64,000 bases of DNA from Minisyncoccota bacterium (GCA_031413715.1 JANOFO010000007.1:90338-154337); one strand, 5' to 3'; shown: positions 10,656 to 20,319, counted from the stretch's first letter. Program-made: numbers and translations. The notes: generated by a model from the sequence alone, not told the origin.

Positions 10656-12608
10656 ATGTATATCGCGACAGTTATACCGATAAAAAAAGGTCTTCAAAAA
10701 GAATATTTGACCTATTTCTCTGCTCAAGAAATACCGCTTGGAACTATTGTCACGGTACCAGTACGAACCAAAACTGTTGACGCTATTGTGATAAGTATGG
10801 AAGACGCGCGCTCAATGAAGAGTGATCTAAAGAGCGCGGAATATAAATTAAAAAAAATTATTGGAGTAAAAGGTCGCTCCCCTTTCACTCGAGAGTTTTT
10901 CGTGGCATGCGAGCGAATGAAAGACTACACCGTAAGTAACACGGGCAACATTATCAAATCAATGCTTCCTACCGTATTTCTTGAAAATATACCTCTGCTT
11001 GATCTATTACAAAATGTAGAAGCGACAGAACGATCAGAGAATATAAAACATGAGAAAGTTATTTTTCAGGCTCTTACGCCTGATCGTATTGCGTTTTATC
11101 GGACACTTATTCGTGAAGCATTTGCCAAGAAGCAATCTATTTTTATCTGCGTACCGACTCGCTATGATATTGAAGAATGGAGAGGAGCGCTTGTAAAAGG
11201 TATCGAGCAGTACGTTTTTGCTTTTCATGGCGAAATGACCAAGAAGATCCTCATAAATTCTTATAACAAGGCAGTTAATGAAGCACACCCGATCCTGATC
11301 ATCGGTACCGGTATGTTTCTATCTATCCCTCGAGTAGATATAAAAACAATTATTATCGAACATGAGAGCTCGGATGCATACAAGCAGATAAGCAGACCTT
11401 TTACAGATATACGCAGTTTCGCTGAGATTCTTTCCTCAATTCAAAAATCTAAGCTTATTCTAAGCGACACGCTTCTGCGACCAGACACACTCTATAGACA
11501 TGAAGAAGGTGAACTTGGAGAAGTAGCTTCCCCATTATTCCGTCTGCCCCAAGCAGAACGGCAGATTGTCGTCGATATGAAAGAAGAAACAGATGCTAAG
11601 GGCGCGAAAAAGTTTACCGTCCTCTCTGAAAAAATAAAAAAAATCATTGAGACTGCAATCGATAAAAATGAGTCGGTATTTTTATTTTCTGTTCGTAAAG
11701 GTCTCGCAGGTGTAACCGTATGCCACGATTGCGGACATACGCTTCTGTGCCCTAATTGCTCCGCTCCAGTTGTTCTCTATGGTGCCAAACAGCGCACTGC
11801 AACCAAGATGGCCACTGCGCGGATATTCATGTGCAACAAATGCGGACGAAAAGAAACTACAGAAATCCGTTGTCCGGAATGTACGAGTTGGAATCTGACT
11901 CCACTGGGTGTTGGTACTGATCGAGTCTGTGAGGAAGTCCGAGCACTTTTTCCAAAAACTTTTGTCATCCAAATAGACAAGGAAGCTACTCCAACTGATA
12001 AGGAAGCAAAAAACGCAATCAATTTGTTTTATAAAAAGCCAGGAAGCATTTTGATCGGAACTGAAATGGCATTCTCATATCTCCATAATGAAGTGACACA
12101 TAGCGCTATTGTATCCTTGGATGGACTCCTCTCTATACCCTCTTTCAATATTACTCAGAAAATTTTGCATATTATTGAGAAGCTACACTATATAACAGAG
12201 AGTAATATGATCATACAGACGCGCATCCCCGAGAATCAGATTCTTCGGTATATACTCTCTGGCAATGTCTTGCCGCTATATCGTGAAGACTTAAAAGAAA
12301 GGAAATCGTTTGGCTACCCGCCATTCAAACGACTTATAAAGATCACCTTCGCAGGCACTGCAGGAGAGACAGACAAAGCTCGCACCTTTCTCGATCGCTT
12401 ACTTGGTAACTACGATCCGCAAATATTCTCGGCGTTCATCGGCCGGGTTCGCGGCCAGTACATTACAAACACTGTCATAAAAGTAGATCCGTCTTTATGG
12501 CAGCTTCCGACAAGCGAACAACACCTGACTCCTTCTTCTTTACGAGAAAGCCTCTCTCATCTACCTCCATCTTTTTCTATTAATGTCGATCCAGAGGATT
12601 TGTTATAG
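10656..12608 (+). CDS. priA: primosomal protein N' (PriA)-like; helicase motifs degenerate
   Basis: PriA domain order with the Cys-rich zinc-binding insert CHDCGHTLLCPNCSAPVV...CNKCGRKE...CPECTS. Walker A, DEXH and motif VI positions are substituted (see findings). Confidence 0.7.
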   Translation: MYIATVIPIKKGLQKEYLTYFSAQEIPLGTIVTVPVRTKTVDAIVISMEDARSMKSDLKSAEYKLKKIIGVKGRSPFTREFFVACERMKDYTVSNTGNIIKSMLPTVFLENIPLLDLLQNVEATERSENIKHEKVIFQALTPDRIAFYRTLIREAFAKKQSIFICVPTRYDIEEWRGALVKGIEQYVFAFHGEMTKKILINSYNKAVNEAHPILIIGTGMFLSIPRVDIKTIIIEHESSDAYKQISRPFTDIRSFAEILSSIQKSKLILSDTLLRPDTLYRHEEGELGEVASPLFRLPQAERQIVVDMKEETDAKGAKKFTVLSEKIKKIIETAIDKNESVFLFSVRKGLAGVTVCHDCGHTLLCPNCSAPVVLYGAKQRTATKMATARIFMCNKCGRKETTEIRCPECTSWNLTPLGVGTDRVCEEVRALFPKTFVIQIDKEATPTDKEAKNAINLFYKKPGSILIGTEMAFSYLHNEVTHSAIVSLDGLLSIPSFNITQKILHIIEKLHYITESNMIIQTRIPENQILRYILSGNVLPLYREDLKERKSFGYPPFKRLIKITFAGTAGETDKARTFLDRLLGNYDPQIFSAFIGRVRGQYITNTVIKVDPSLWQLPTSEQHLTPSSLRESLSHLPPSFSINVDPEDLL

Positions 12609-12614
12609 CCATTC

Positions 12615-12902
12615 TTGCCTCGCATACATATATATGATACTATGTCCCCACATATGATTACTGTCATTGAGGTCAAGAAAAATACAAATGAAAGCAACAT
12701 GAACCTAGTTCGTCGCTTTTCACGCAAGGTTCAGGAATCTGGTATCATACAGAAAGTAAAAAGTAAACGCTATAACGAGCGCGATTTATCGAAACTAAAG
12801 ACAAAGCAAGCAACCCTCAAGCGCCTCGCTCGTCGTAAGAATCAGGAGAAGCTTATCAAGCTCGGCAAAGCTACCAAAGCTCCCATCCGCGGCCGACGTT
12901 AA
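12615..12902 (+). CDS. rpsU: 30S ribosomal protein S21
   Basis: ...NLVRRFSRKVQESGIIQKVKSKRYNERDLSKLKTKQATLKRLARRKNQ matches the S21 pattern. The track start at 12615 is a TTG; the ATG at 12654 is the more likely start. Confidence 0.7.
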   Translation: MPRIHIYDTMSPHMITVIEVKKNTNESNMNLVRRFSRKVQESGIIQKVKSKRYNERDLSKLKTKQATLKRLARRKNQEKLIKLGKATKAPIRGRR

Positions 12903-12905
12903 AAT

Positions 12906-13292
12906 ATGGCAGACAAAGAATTCTGCACAATTAGAAATACTACAAAAGACAAGCTTCCACGCTTGTCTTTTGTGTCTATAAAAAATAAAATACTTGGACA
13001 GAAATATGATCTGTCAGTGAGTTTTATATCTCCGCGAGAACAAAAAAAGATAAATAAAAAGTACCGCGGAAAAGACACGACGACCAATATCCTATCTTTT
13101 TCTCTTTCAGAAGATTCTGGTGAAATCACATTTGATCTTAATAAGGTCAAAGCCGATGCTCCCCAATTTGATATGACCTATCCTCGATTCTTAAAATATC
13201 TGTTTATCCACGGCTGCTTGCATTTGAAAGGTTTCGAACATAGTAGTACAATGGAAAAAGAAGAGAAGAAATTTCTCAAGATTTTTAAGTAA
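12906..13292 (+). CDS. ybeY: rRNA maturation endoribonuclease YbeY
   Basis: YRGKDTTTNILSF and HGCLHLKGFEH (H..HGxLHLxGyDH zinc motif). Confidence 0.85.
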   Translation: MADKEFCTIRNTTKDKLPRLSFVSIKNKILGQKYDLSVSFISPREQKKINKKYRGKDTTTNILSFSLSEDSGEITFDLNKVKADAPQFDMTYPRFLKYLFIHGCLHLKGFEHSSTMEKEEKKFLKIFK

Positions 13293-13311
13293 ACTCTTCA
13301 CTTTTTAACTA

Positions 13312-14487
13312 ATGGCAAAAATGAACTACACTTGCGGTATTGACGTGGGCACGCATACGACGCGGGTGGTAGTCGTGGGCTATACAAAAGAAGATAAATC
13401 TCCGTATACCTTGGCTGTCGGCCAAGCGGCTACTTCTGGTATGCGCTTGGGCTACATAACCAATACTGACCATGTGGCAACAAGCATCAAAGAGGCTTTG
13501 CGACAGGCTGAAAAAACTCTTGGATTCAAAATTCGCAAGGCATATGTATCGATCGGAGGCATAAGCTTGGGTTCGATTGTTTCTATTGGTTCAGTAGTTA
13601 TCTCTCGAGCTGATCAGGAAATAACTCATCTAGATATTTCTAAGGCTCTCGCCGACAGCGAGGAGAATTTAGAAATCTTGAATAAGAAAATAATTCATAT
13701 TATCCCGATCGGATACAAACTTGACGGCAAGGATATCCACGGCCGACCCGAGGGCATGAAAGGTGTGAAGCTTGAAATAAAAACACTCTTTGTCACGTGC
13801 TTGAAGCAAAATATAGAAGATCTTATTACTTCTCTTGCTCTTGCAGGAATAGAAGTGGAAGATGTTATCGCATCGCCTATTGCAAGTTCCGTTATGCTCC
13901 TTGGAACCAAGCAGCGGGCTGCCGGGTGCGCCCTTATCGATATAGGAGCCGAAACAGTGGCTATTGCAGTCTTTGAAAATAACCTTTTAATGTCACTTCA
14001 AGTCTTTTCTATAGGCAGCATGGACATTACCAAAGATGTTGCTCTCGGATTTAAGATCGCCTTGGAGGAGGCAGAGAGTATCAAGCTTGGCTCTGTTACC
14101 GGAGGAGACTATCCAAAGAAAAAAGTGGATGAGATCATTGAAGCGCGTCTTTCAGATATATTTGAACTGGTCGGCAACCACTTGAAGCGCCAACGGCGCA
14201 GTGAACTTTTGCCTGCAGGTGTCGTGATCACTGGTGGTGGTTCACACATCGGTCGTATAGAAGAACTGGCACGCACTCAACTGAAGCTTCCTGCACGAGT
14301 AGGACCAGTAGACAGCGCAATTATCAATAAATTTAAAATTCGTGATTCTTCCTGGTACACCGCATACGGACTTGCGCTATCAGCTACTGATTCATCTTTG
14401 AATAGCAATATCCATAGTTCTATTGGAGATAATATAAAGCAAGTAAAAGGATTTTTCAAAACTTTATTGTCTCAGCTTTTACCATAA
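13312..14487 (+). CDS. ftsA: cell division protein FtsA
   Basis: Actin-fold N-terminus CGIDVGTHTTRVVV; sits immediately upstream of ftsZ. Confidence 0.8.
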   Translation: MAKMNYTCGIDVGTHTTRVVVVGYTKEDKSPYTLAVGQAATSGMRLGYITNTDHVATSIKEALRQAEKTLGFKIRKAYVSIGGISLGSIVSIGSVVISRADQEITHLDISKALADSEENLEILNKKIIHIIPIGYKLDGKDIHGRPEGMKGVKLEIKTLFVTCLKQNIEDLITSLALAGIEVEDVIASPIASSVMLLGTKQRAAGCALIDIGAETVAIAVFENNLLMSLQVFSIGSMDITKDVALGFKIALEEAESIKLGSVTGGDYPKKKVDEIIEARLSDIFELVGNHLKRQRRSELLPAGVVITGGGSHIGRIEELARTQLKLPARVGPVDSAIINKFKIRDSSWYTAYGLALSATDSSLNSNIHSSIGDNIKQVKGFFKTLLSQLLP

Positions 14488-14593
14488 AACTCTCTTTTGT
14501 CAAAAAATGGAGGTGTAGCCTTTTTATAAATTTCTGCTATTATGTACCTACAAAAGATATATTATTAAAAGCAGTAATTCACCTATCATAAAT

Positions 14594-15766
14594 ATGGCTA
14601 AAATCACCACAGACGTTGAATCTTTCGCTCGAATCAAGGTTATTGGAATCGGCGGATCAGGCAAGAACGCCCTCAATCACATGATAAGTTGCAAAGTCAA
14701 AGGAGTCGAGTTTATCGTTATGAATACCGATACTCAGGACCTCCATAACTCCTTCGCTGAAAAGAAAGTCCACCTTGGCAAGAACCTTACCAAGGGTCTT
14801 GGCGCAGGTATGAACCCTGAAATCGGCAAGCGTGCAGCCGAAGAAACAAAGGCAGAGATCCAGGATGTCATCAAAGGCGCAGATATGGTTTTCATCGCAT
14901 GTGGAATGGGTGGAGGTACAGGAACAGGAGCAGCTCCTATTGTTGCTCAGGCTGCTAAAGAACAAGGCATACTTACTGTTGCTGTTGTAACAAAACCTTT
15001 CTCTTTCGAAGGTAACCAGCGCATGAAACTCGCCGATGAAGGATTGGCGCTTCTTGAACATGAAGTAGATGCAATTTTAGTAATTCCAAATGACAGACTT
15101 ATCATTATCTCTGGCAAAGAGGTAGGTTTCCGTGAAGCATTTGCGATGTGCGATGAAGTTTTGAAGCAAGCAGTTGAGGGAATTTCGGAACTAATTACTA
15201 CTCCAGGCATGGTGAATGTTGACTTTGCTGATATTCGTGCAGTCATGCACGATGCAGGTTCAGCACTGATGGGCGTAGGTATCGCAGCTGGCGATGGCCG
15301 TGCTGAAAAAGCAGCTCTAGCTGCTATCAACTCGCCTCTTCTTGACCTTTCTATCTCTGGTGCAAAAGGCGTACTCTTTGCAATATCCGGCGGTGATGAT
15401 CTGACAATTCATGAGATAAGTGAAGCCGCAAAAGTAATTACAGAATCCATAGACAAAGATGCAAAAGTCATTTTCGGTACTATCCGCGACGAGAAGCTTA
15501 AAAAAGGTGAGATGAAAGTTACCGTCATTGCCACCGGTTTCCCTACCGACATGCCACGTCGTTCACTTTTTCAGAGTCAAGCTCGTACAGGTGATCAAAC
15601 TATAGCCACAGCAACAAAAGAAGATATCATCCAAGCAGTCACGAAGGAAACAGGAAAAGACTCTGACTATATAAAAAAGACCGGCAAAGAAAAAGAGGAT
15701 GATCTATTCATAGATGATACAGATGACTGGAGCACTGTTCCAGCATTCTTGAGACGTAAAAAATAG
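14594..15766 (+). CDS. ftsZ: cell division GTPase FtsZ
   Basis: GIGGSGKNALNHM and the GMGGGTGTGAAP tubulin signature. Confidence 0.95.
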   Translation: MAKITTDVESFARIKVIGIGGSGKNALNHMISCKVKGVEFIVMNTDTQDLHNSFAEKKVHLGKNLTKGLGAGMNPEIGKRAAEETKAEIQDVIKGADMVFIACGMGGGTGTGAAPIVAQAAKEQGILTVAVVTKPFSFEGNQRMKLADEGLALLEHEVDAILVIPNDRLIIISGKEVGFREAFAMCDEVLKQAVEGISELITTPGMVNVDFADIRAVMHDAGSALMGVGIAAGDGRAEKAALAAINSPLLDLSISGAKGVLFAISGGDDLTIHEISEAAKVITESIDKDAKVIFGTIRDEKLKKGEMKVTVIATGFPTDMPRRSLFQSQARTGDQTIATATKEDIIQAVTKETGKDSDYIKKTGKEKEDDLFIDDTDDWSTVPAFLRRKK

Positions 15767-15773
15767 TATAAGC

Positions 15774-15885
15774 AAAATCAAAAATAGTCATCTTGTAGGA
15801 CACGCATATTTTTCTGTTGAAAAATTGCTCTGCTCGCGCCAGTCGCGCTTGTGCAAGTTCCTACAAGATGACTATTTTTGATTTT
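15774..15885. repeat. perfect 27-bp inverted repeat around a 58-nt loop, between ftsZ and trxB
   Basis: aaaatcaaaaatagtcatcttgtagga at 15774..15800 is the exact reverse complement of 15859..15885. Confidence 0.8.
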
Positions 15886-15896
15886 TAGTATAAAAT

Positions 15897-16850
15897 GTGA
15901 CAATGTACGATTTAATTATCTTGGGTGGCGGACCGGCTGGTACTGCAGCAAGTGTTTACGCTGCTCGTAAACAATTAAAAACTGCCTTGATCACCAGTGA
16001 ATTCGGCGGCCAATCTGTGGTATCCGAACTTATCTACAACTGGATTGGAACGCCCGAAATATCTGGCAAAGACCTTGGAGAGAATTTGAAAAAACACGCC
16101 CTTTACTACAAGGGGGCATTTCTTGATGTCATAGAAGGAGAAAAGATTACCAAAGTAGAAAAGAAAGATAAAGTTATTACTATTACTACAGAATCTGGAA
16201 AGACATACGATACTATGACATTACTCGTTGCTACAGGAAGTGGCAGGCGTAAGCTCGATGTCACAAACGCTGAAAAATTTGAAAACAAAGGGATCACCTA
16301 CTGTGCATCATGCGATGGTCCCCTTTTTGCAGATCAAGATGTTCTTGTCATTGGCGGAGGCAATGCCGGCTTTGAGACGGCGGCACAGCTCTTGGCATAT
16401 TGTAAAAGCGTGACGATGGTTCATCGAAGTGCAGATTTCAGAGCAGATGAGATCACAGTCAAAAAAATATTTGAGAATCCGAAATTCAAAGCGATTACCA
16501 ATGCAGAAATAACGGAAGTAAATAGCCTGCCCGTGCAGGCAGGTGATCCTCAATTTGTAAGCTCTCTTACCTATAAAGATAAGATTTCTGGAGGGTTAGT
16601 GACCATACCGACAACTGGTATATTCGTCGAAATTGGTCAGATCCCTAATACAGATTTTATGAAAGGAATTGTGGATATCGACTCGTTTGGTAAAATCGTT
16701 GTAGACCCTATGACCCAGATGACTAAGACCCCTGGCATCTGGGCAGCTGGAGACTGTACTAATGGCAGATACCATCAGAATAACATAGCAGCCGGCGACG
16801 CGGTAAAAGCACTAGAAGATCTCTATATCTGGGTGCATAAGAATAAGTAA
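15897..16850 (+). CDS. trxB: thioredoxin-disulfide reductase
   Basis: LIILGGGPAGTAASVYAAR FAD motif, CASCDG redox CxxC and GGGNAGFE NADPH motif. The track start is a GTG; the ATG at 15903 is likely. Confidence 0.9.
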   Translation: MTMYDLIILGGGPAGTAASVYAARKQLKTALITSEFGGQSVVSELIYNWIGTPEISGKDLGENLKKHALYYKGAFLDVIEGEKITKVEKKDKVITITTESGKTYDTMTLLVATGSGRRKLDVTNAEKFENKGITYCASCDGPLFADQDVLVIGGGNAGFETAAQLLAYCKSVTMVHRSADFRADEITVKKIFENPKFKAITNAEITEVNSLPVQAGDPQFVSSLTYKDKISGGLVTIPTTGIFVEIGQIPNTDFMKGIVDIDSFGKIVVDPMTQMTKTPGIWAAGDCTNGRYHQNNIAAGDAVKALEDLYIWVHKNK

Positions 16851-17597
16851 TTACTTATTTACTATTGTTTCAAGTCTTTCTAATTCTTCAATTGTATTCA
16901 CTCCAAGAGCTTCTTCTGGACTTATAGCAACAGATGCAATACTTTTCTCAGCGGCTGCATGCTCTACGAGATCTGTTAGATAGTACTCACTTTGTGCATT
17001 TTCGTTTTTTAGTTTTGCCAAGTGTTCAAAGAGCCATTTCTTTTCGAAACAAAAATAGCATGGATTTACTTCCTTCAATTCTTTTTCAAATTCGCTCGCA
17101 TCTTTGAATTCTACGCTACGGACAATTTTCCCATCTTCTGCACGAACAATCCGACTAAACGGTTTATAAAAAACTTGGTACCAATCATCGAACGATGGTA
17201 CCGTAACAGTCGCCATTGTAAGTGAGCAATTACTTTTGGCGTGAACAGCTATCAGGTTTGCAATCATAGCGCCTGTAACCGCAGGAGCATCGCCATAGAG
17301 CACGAGTATATGTTCCACAGACTCGGGAATACTTCCTTCAGTAACTCTTACGGCATGACCAGTGCCAAGTTGTTCTTCTTGAACTACATAAGTCGCTTCA
17401 GTTCCCAAGTGATTTATAATTTCTTCTTTTTTATATCCGACGACAAGAATAGGTTTTCCTACAACACCACTATGTTTAACTGCTTGCATGAGATAGTCAA
17501 TTATCGGCTTACCATTAAAAAGCACTAGCGCTTTTGGCATCTCAATATTCATTCTTTTTCCTTGCCCACCGGCCAGTATTAGGATTTGGGTATTCAT
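16851..17597 (-). CDS. sugar-1-phosphate nucleotidyltransferase (GlmU N-terminal-like domain only)
   Basis: ILILAGGQGKRM...MPKALVLFNGKPIIDY...QEEQLGTGHAV matches the GlmU/NTP-transferase N-terminal signature; 248 aa, so no acetyltransferase domain. Confidence 0.7.
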   Translation of the reverse strand: MNTQILILAGGQGKRMNIEMPKALVLFNGKPIIDYLMQAVKHSGVVGKPILVVGYKKEEIINHLGTEATYVVQEEQLGTGHAVRVTEGSIPESVEHILVLYGDAPAVTGAMIANLIAVHAKSNCSLTMATVTVPSFDDWYQVFYKPFSRIVRAEDGKIVRSVEFKDASEFEKELKEVNPCYFCFEKKWLFEHLAKLKNENAQSEYYLTDLVEHAAAEKSIASVAISPEEALGVNTIEELERLETIVNK

Positions 17598-17617
17598 AAA
17601 GTGTAATTAATTTTTTG

Positions 17618-17690
17618 TGCGCGATAGAGGAGTCGAACCTCTGACCTACCCCACGTCAAGGGGTCGCTCTACCAACTGAGCTAACCGCGC
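17618..17690 (-). tRNA. tRNA-Val (anticodon GAC)
   Basis: The reverse complement folds as a 73-nt cloverleaf GCGCGGTTAGCTCAGTTGGTAGAGCGACCCCTTGACGTGGGGT...TTCGACT...ATCGCGCA with anticodon loop TTGACGT. Confidence 0.85.
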
Positions 17691-17698
17691 ATTGCTTG

Positions 17699-17785
17699 CG
17701 GAAGCGGTGAGATTTGAACTCACGAGAAGTTTTCACCCCTGCCGCTTTTCGAGAGCGGTGCCTTCAACCACTCAGCCACGCTTCC
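17699..17785 (-). tRNA. tRNA-Ser (anticodon CGA), long variable arm
   Basis: The reverse complement is GGAAGCGTGGCTGAGTGGTTGAAGGCACCGCTCTCGAAAAGCGG...GTGAGTTCAAATCTCACCGCTTCCG. The anticodon loop CTCGAAA and a class II variable arm fit Ser. Confidence 0.8.
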
Positions 17786-17893
17786 GCCCGCCATTATACA
17801 GAATTGGAACTATATTATCAATAATCGTCGGAGCTTGTTAAAACTACAGAAATAGTGTAATCTACAGTTTAATTCGCAATTGGTGTATCTAAA

Positions 17894-17945
17894 AAAGGGC
17901 ACAGTGTTTTTCCTGGACAAGTACCAAGAGTGCCCTTTTTAAAAA
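17894..17945. terminator. bidirectional rho-independent terminator
   Basis: aaaaaagggcac...gtgccctttttaaaaaa: an 8-bp GC-containing stem flanked by an A-run and a T-run, 3' of the minus CDS 18054..18515 and 5' of the tRNA pair. Confidence 0.5.
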
Positions 17946-18053
17946 ATTTGATCTTTTAGTTTTCTCTGAGCCAATAAAAACGATTACCGTCTTCATAACA
18001 GGGTATATCGTTACCTCTCCAGATTCTGGAGAGGTTTTTTTATTGGAAGAGCA

Positions 18054-18515
18054 TTATTGAGATCCTGGCTTTTTTAAATCAGCAATTTGGAGTGGGCTTT
18101 GAATCTGAGGCGGTGTCATATCTATTTCTCCGAATTGCCTCTCATAATTTTTGATCTGACCATCTATCCATATAGCAATACTCTTCATCTGCTGGGGAGT
18201 AGCAGCAAAAGAGTCGAGGCTGTTGCCAGAAGTTATAGCAAAGGAAAAGAATTCCTTGCCATATGCTCCAATAGCTCCATCGCAGAACTTCTTGGGCAGT
18301 TGATTCATGTCTATTTTTGTTGGGTCAATCATGAATGTAATTATAGCATTAAAAACGATGAGGTAATAATAATTCCCTCTTTGATATCCGAAAGCTAAGT
18401 CACCCGATTGAACAGTTAGGCTATTTGGTAATATTCCAGAGGTGTGACCATTGTATAATCTAACATATTTCATATATCTTTTGCGATTTTTCCAAAAATG
18501 AAGTAATATAGGCAT
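18054..18515 (-). CDS. hypothetical protein
   Basis: 153-aa ORF with no recognised motif. Confidence 0.4.
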   Translation of the reverse strand: MPILLHFWKNRKRYMKYVRLYNGHTSGILPNSLTVQSGDLAFGYQRGNYYYLIVFNAIITFMIDPTKIDMNQLPKKFCDGAIGAYGKEFFSFAITSGNSLDSFAATPQQMKSIAIWIDGQIKNYERQFGEIDMTPPQIQSPLQIADLKKPGSQ

Positions 18516-18622
18516 TACTGGCCCTATATCGTCTAGCCTAGTTAGAATGTAGTGGATGTGGGCTTTTCAAACCGTAACAGGTAGCACAGTTGAAAATTAT
18601 TATGTTATTGTAGTTTAGTTAT

Positions 18623-18697
18623 GGCCCTATCGTCTAACGGTTAGGACATCGGCTTTTCAAGCCGGTAATCCGGGTTCGATTCCCGGTAGGGTCACCA
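18623..18697 (+). tRNA. tRNA-Glu (anticodon TTC), CCA encoded
   Basis: GGCCCTATCGTCTAACGGTTAGGACATCGGCTTTTCAAGCCGGTAATCCGGGTTCGATTCCCGGTAGGGTCACCA with anticodon loop TTTTCAA. Confidence 0.85.
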
Positions 18698-20309
18698 AAC
18701 GATTCACTTCATCCATAAATTCAGGTTCTATGTTGTAAACACAACATAATTCAGGAGTTTTAATAGTTGGATAGTGATAATAGAGATTGGAAGGAAAAAG
18801 TAGGGTTCTTAAAACTCTAAGGTCTTTCACATAGATGTCTTCCCAAATTTCAGGAAGATGCTTTAGAAATTCAACCCCTGTATCAACAACCCTATCTATT
18901 TCAAGTTCAGGAGAGGACAACTCACTCAAATCTTTTTGTAATTGCAATATTTCTATTTTGCACTTTTCATTTGCTGGTAAAAAGTCTTCATCTGATATCT
19001 TTGTTTCAAGTCTTAGATTTAGCAACTTATCTTTCTTGTCTCTTATTTCTGCAATCCTCATGTTAATTTTCTTTTCCGAGGTAGTAATAGAATTCAATTC
19101 ATTTTTATGAGCAAGTTTAATTGCCTCTTTGAGAACATCAAAGTGCTTATCATCAGGGGTCATCTTTGTAAGAAATTCAGTAAACTCTTCTTCCATATCT
19201 TTCTTTGGTATAGCAGTCCTCTTAGGACAATCACCACAAAAACAGCCATAATACTGGTAGTACTTGGTTTTACCTTTTGTCTTTCCTCCAGAGATACTCT
19301 TGCCACAACCACTGCATTTTATACCCCGCAGGGGATAGTCAGGACTATCCCTATTACGAGCTAACTTTCTTCCAGCCACACCTCTTTTATTACCACTACC
19401 ATTAGCTTCATTAAAGAGTTCAACAGAAATTATTGGTTTATGGCTACCTTCAACATCAACACCAAATTTTTGAACCACAATTCTGCCACAGTAAATTGGG
19501 TTTTTAAGGATTTTAGCGACTAGTTGCTTGCTTATTTTCATACCATGCCTACTTTTTTGTCCGCACTTATTTGCCAATCCTGCCAATTCCTTACAACTAT
19601 ATTTTCCCGTGATATGCTTCTCAAAAATCATTTTTATCACTGGTGCTCTTTCTGAGTGAGGAATAATAATTTTGTTGCCTAATTTATCTTTTGTATTTAC
19701 ATATCCCCAAGGAGCACCATTAGGCCATAAACCTTTGAGTGCTCTTGCTTTCATTCCTTCACCAGTTCTTTGAGACCTGACATCATTATCAAACTGAGCA
19801 AAGGCAGCCAGCATTGTTTCTTGCAATTTACCGCTAGGACTATCATCAAAAGCCTCTGTTACAGAAACTAAAGAGATATTTAATTTTTTAAGAAAGCTTC
19901 TAAATGCAAGATGTTCACCAGCGTTTCTGAAAAATCTATCAACTTTGTATATGACAACTCTGTCAATTTGTTTTTTGTTCTTATCACAGAACCTCAGCAT
20001 TTCCTGAAATCTTGTTCTGTTTTCCGTCTTCGCACTCTCTCCCTCTTCTCTAAATACTTTTAAGACAGTATGTTCAGTTCTTTTAGAGAATTCTCTGGAG
20101 AACTTTTCTTGATTGTCTAAGCTAAAATTCTCAACTTGTTCTTTTGATGACACACGCACATAGATGACATCATTTTTAGGTTTTTCTATTTTAGGTTTTA
20201 TTTTCATAAATTTGTTATTAGTTAATTTAAACTCTTTTCCCAAAAATCTCAAAATGTTTGTTCTGGAATTAAAGAGCTTATTGTTCTTGTAATTTGGTTT
20301 GCACGGCAA
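18657..20309 (-). CDS. large serine recombinase (integrase)
   Basis: VIYVRVSSKEQ catalytic-Ser motif, a recombinase domain, a zinc ribbon CSGCGK...YYGCFCGDCPK and a C-terminal coiled coil. The likely true start is the ATG at 20207 (MKIKPK...). The 3' end overlaps tRNA-Glu. Confidence 0.9.
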   Translation of the reverse strand: MPCKPNYKNNKLFNSRTNILRFLGKEFKLTNNKFMKIKPKIEKPKNDVIYVRVSSKEQVENFSLDNQEKFSREFSKRTEHTVLKVFREEGESAKTENRTRFQEMLRFCDKNKKQIDRVVIYKVDRFFRNAGEHLAFRSFLKKLNISLVSVTEAFDDSPSGKLQETMLAAFAQFDNDVRSQRTGEGMKARALKGLWPNGAPWGYVNTKDKLGNKIIIPHSERAPVIKMIFEKHITGKYSCKELAGLANKCGQKSRHGMKISKQLVAKILKNPIYCGRIVVQKFGVDVEGSHKPIISVELFNEANGSGNKRGVAGRKLARNRDSPDYPLRGIKCSGCGKSISGGKTKGKTKYYQYYGCFCGDCPKRTAIPKKDMEEEFTEFLTKMTPDDKHFDVLKEAIKLAHKNELNSITTSEKKINMRIAEIRDKKDKLLNLRLETKISDEDFLPANEKCKIEILQLQKDLSELSSPELEIDRVVDTGVEFLKHLPEIWEDIYVKDLRVLRTLLFPSNLYYHYPTIKTPELCCVYNIEPEFMDEVNRLVTLPGIEPGLPA

Positions 20310-20319
20310 ATAGCCACAT

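Noticed and set aside
14947-15330. 127-aa and 134-aa minus ORFs within ftsZ
   Set aside because: They are antisense to the unmistakable FtsZ tubulin signature, with Ala/Ser-rich nonsense composition.
18013-18045. Hairpin cctctccag-att-ctggagagg plus T-run on the + strand
   Set aside because: There is no + strand gene upstream for it to terminate. It may belong to the minus gene's 3' UTR or be bidirectional with the stronger 17894..17945 terminator.
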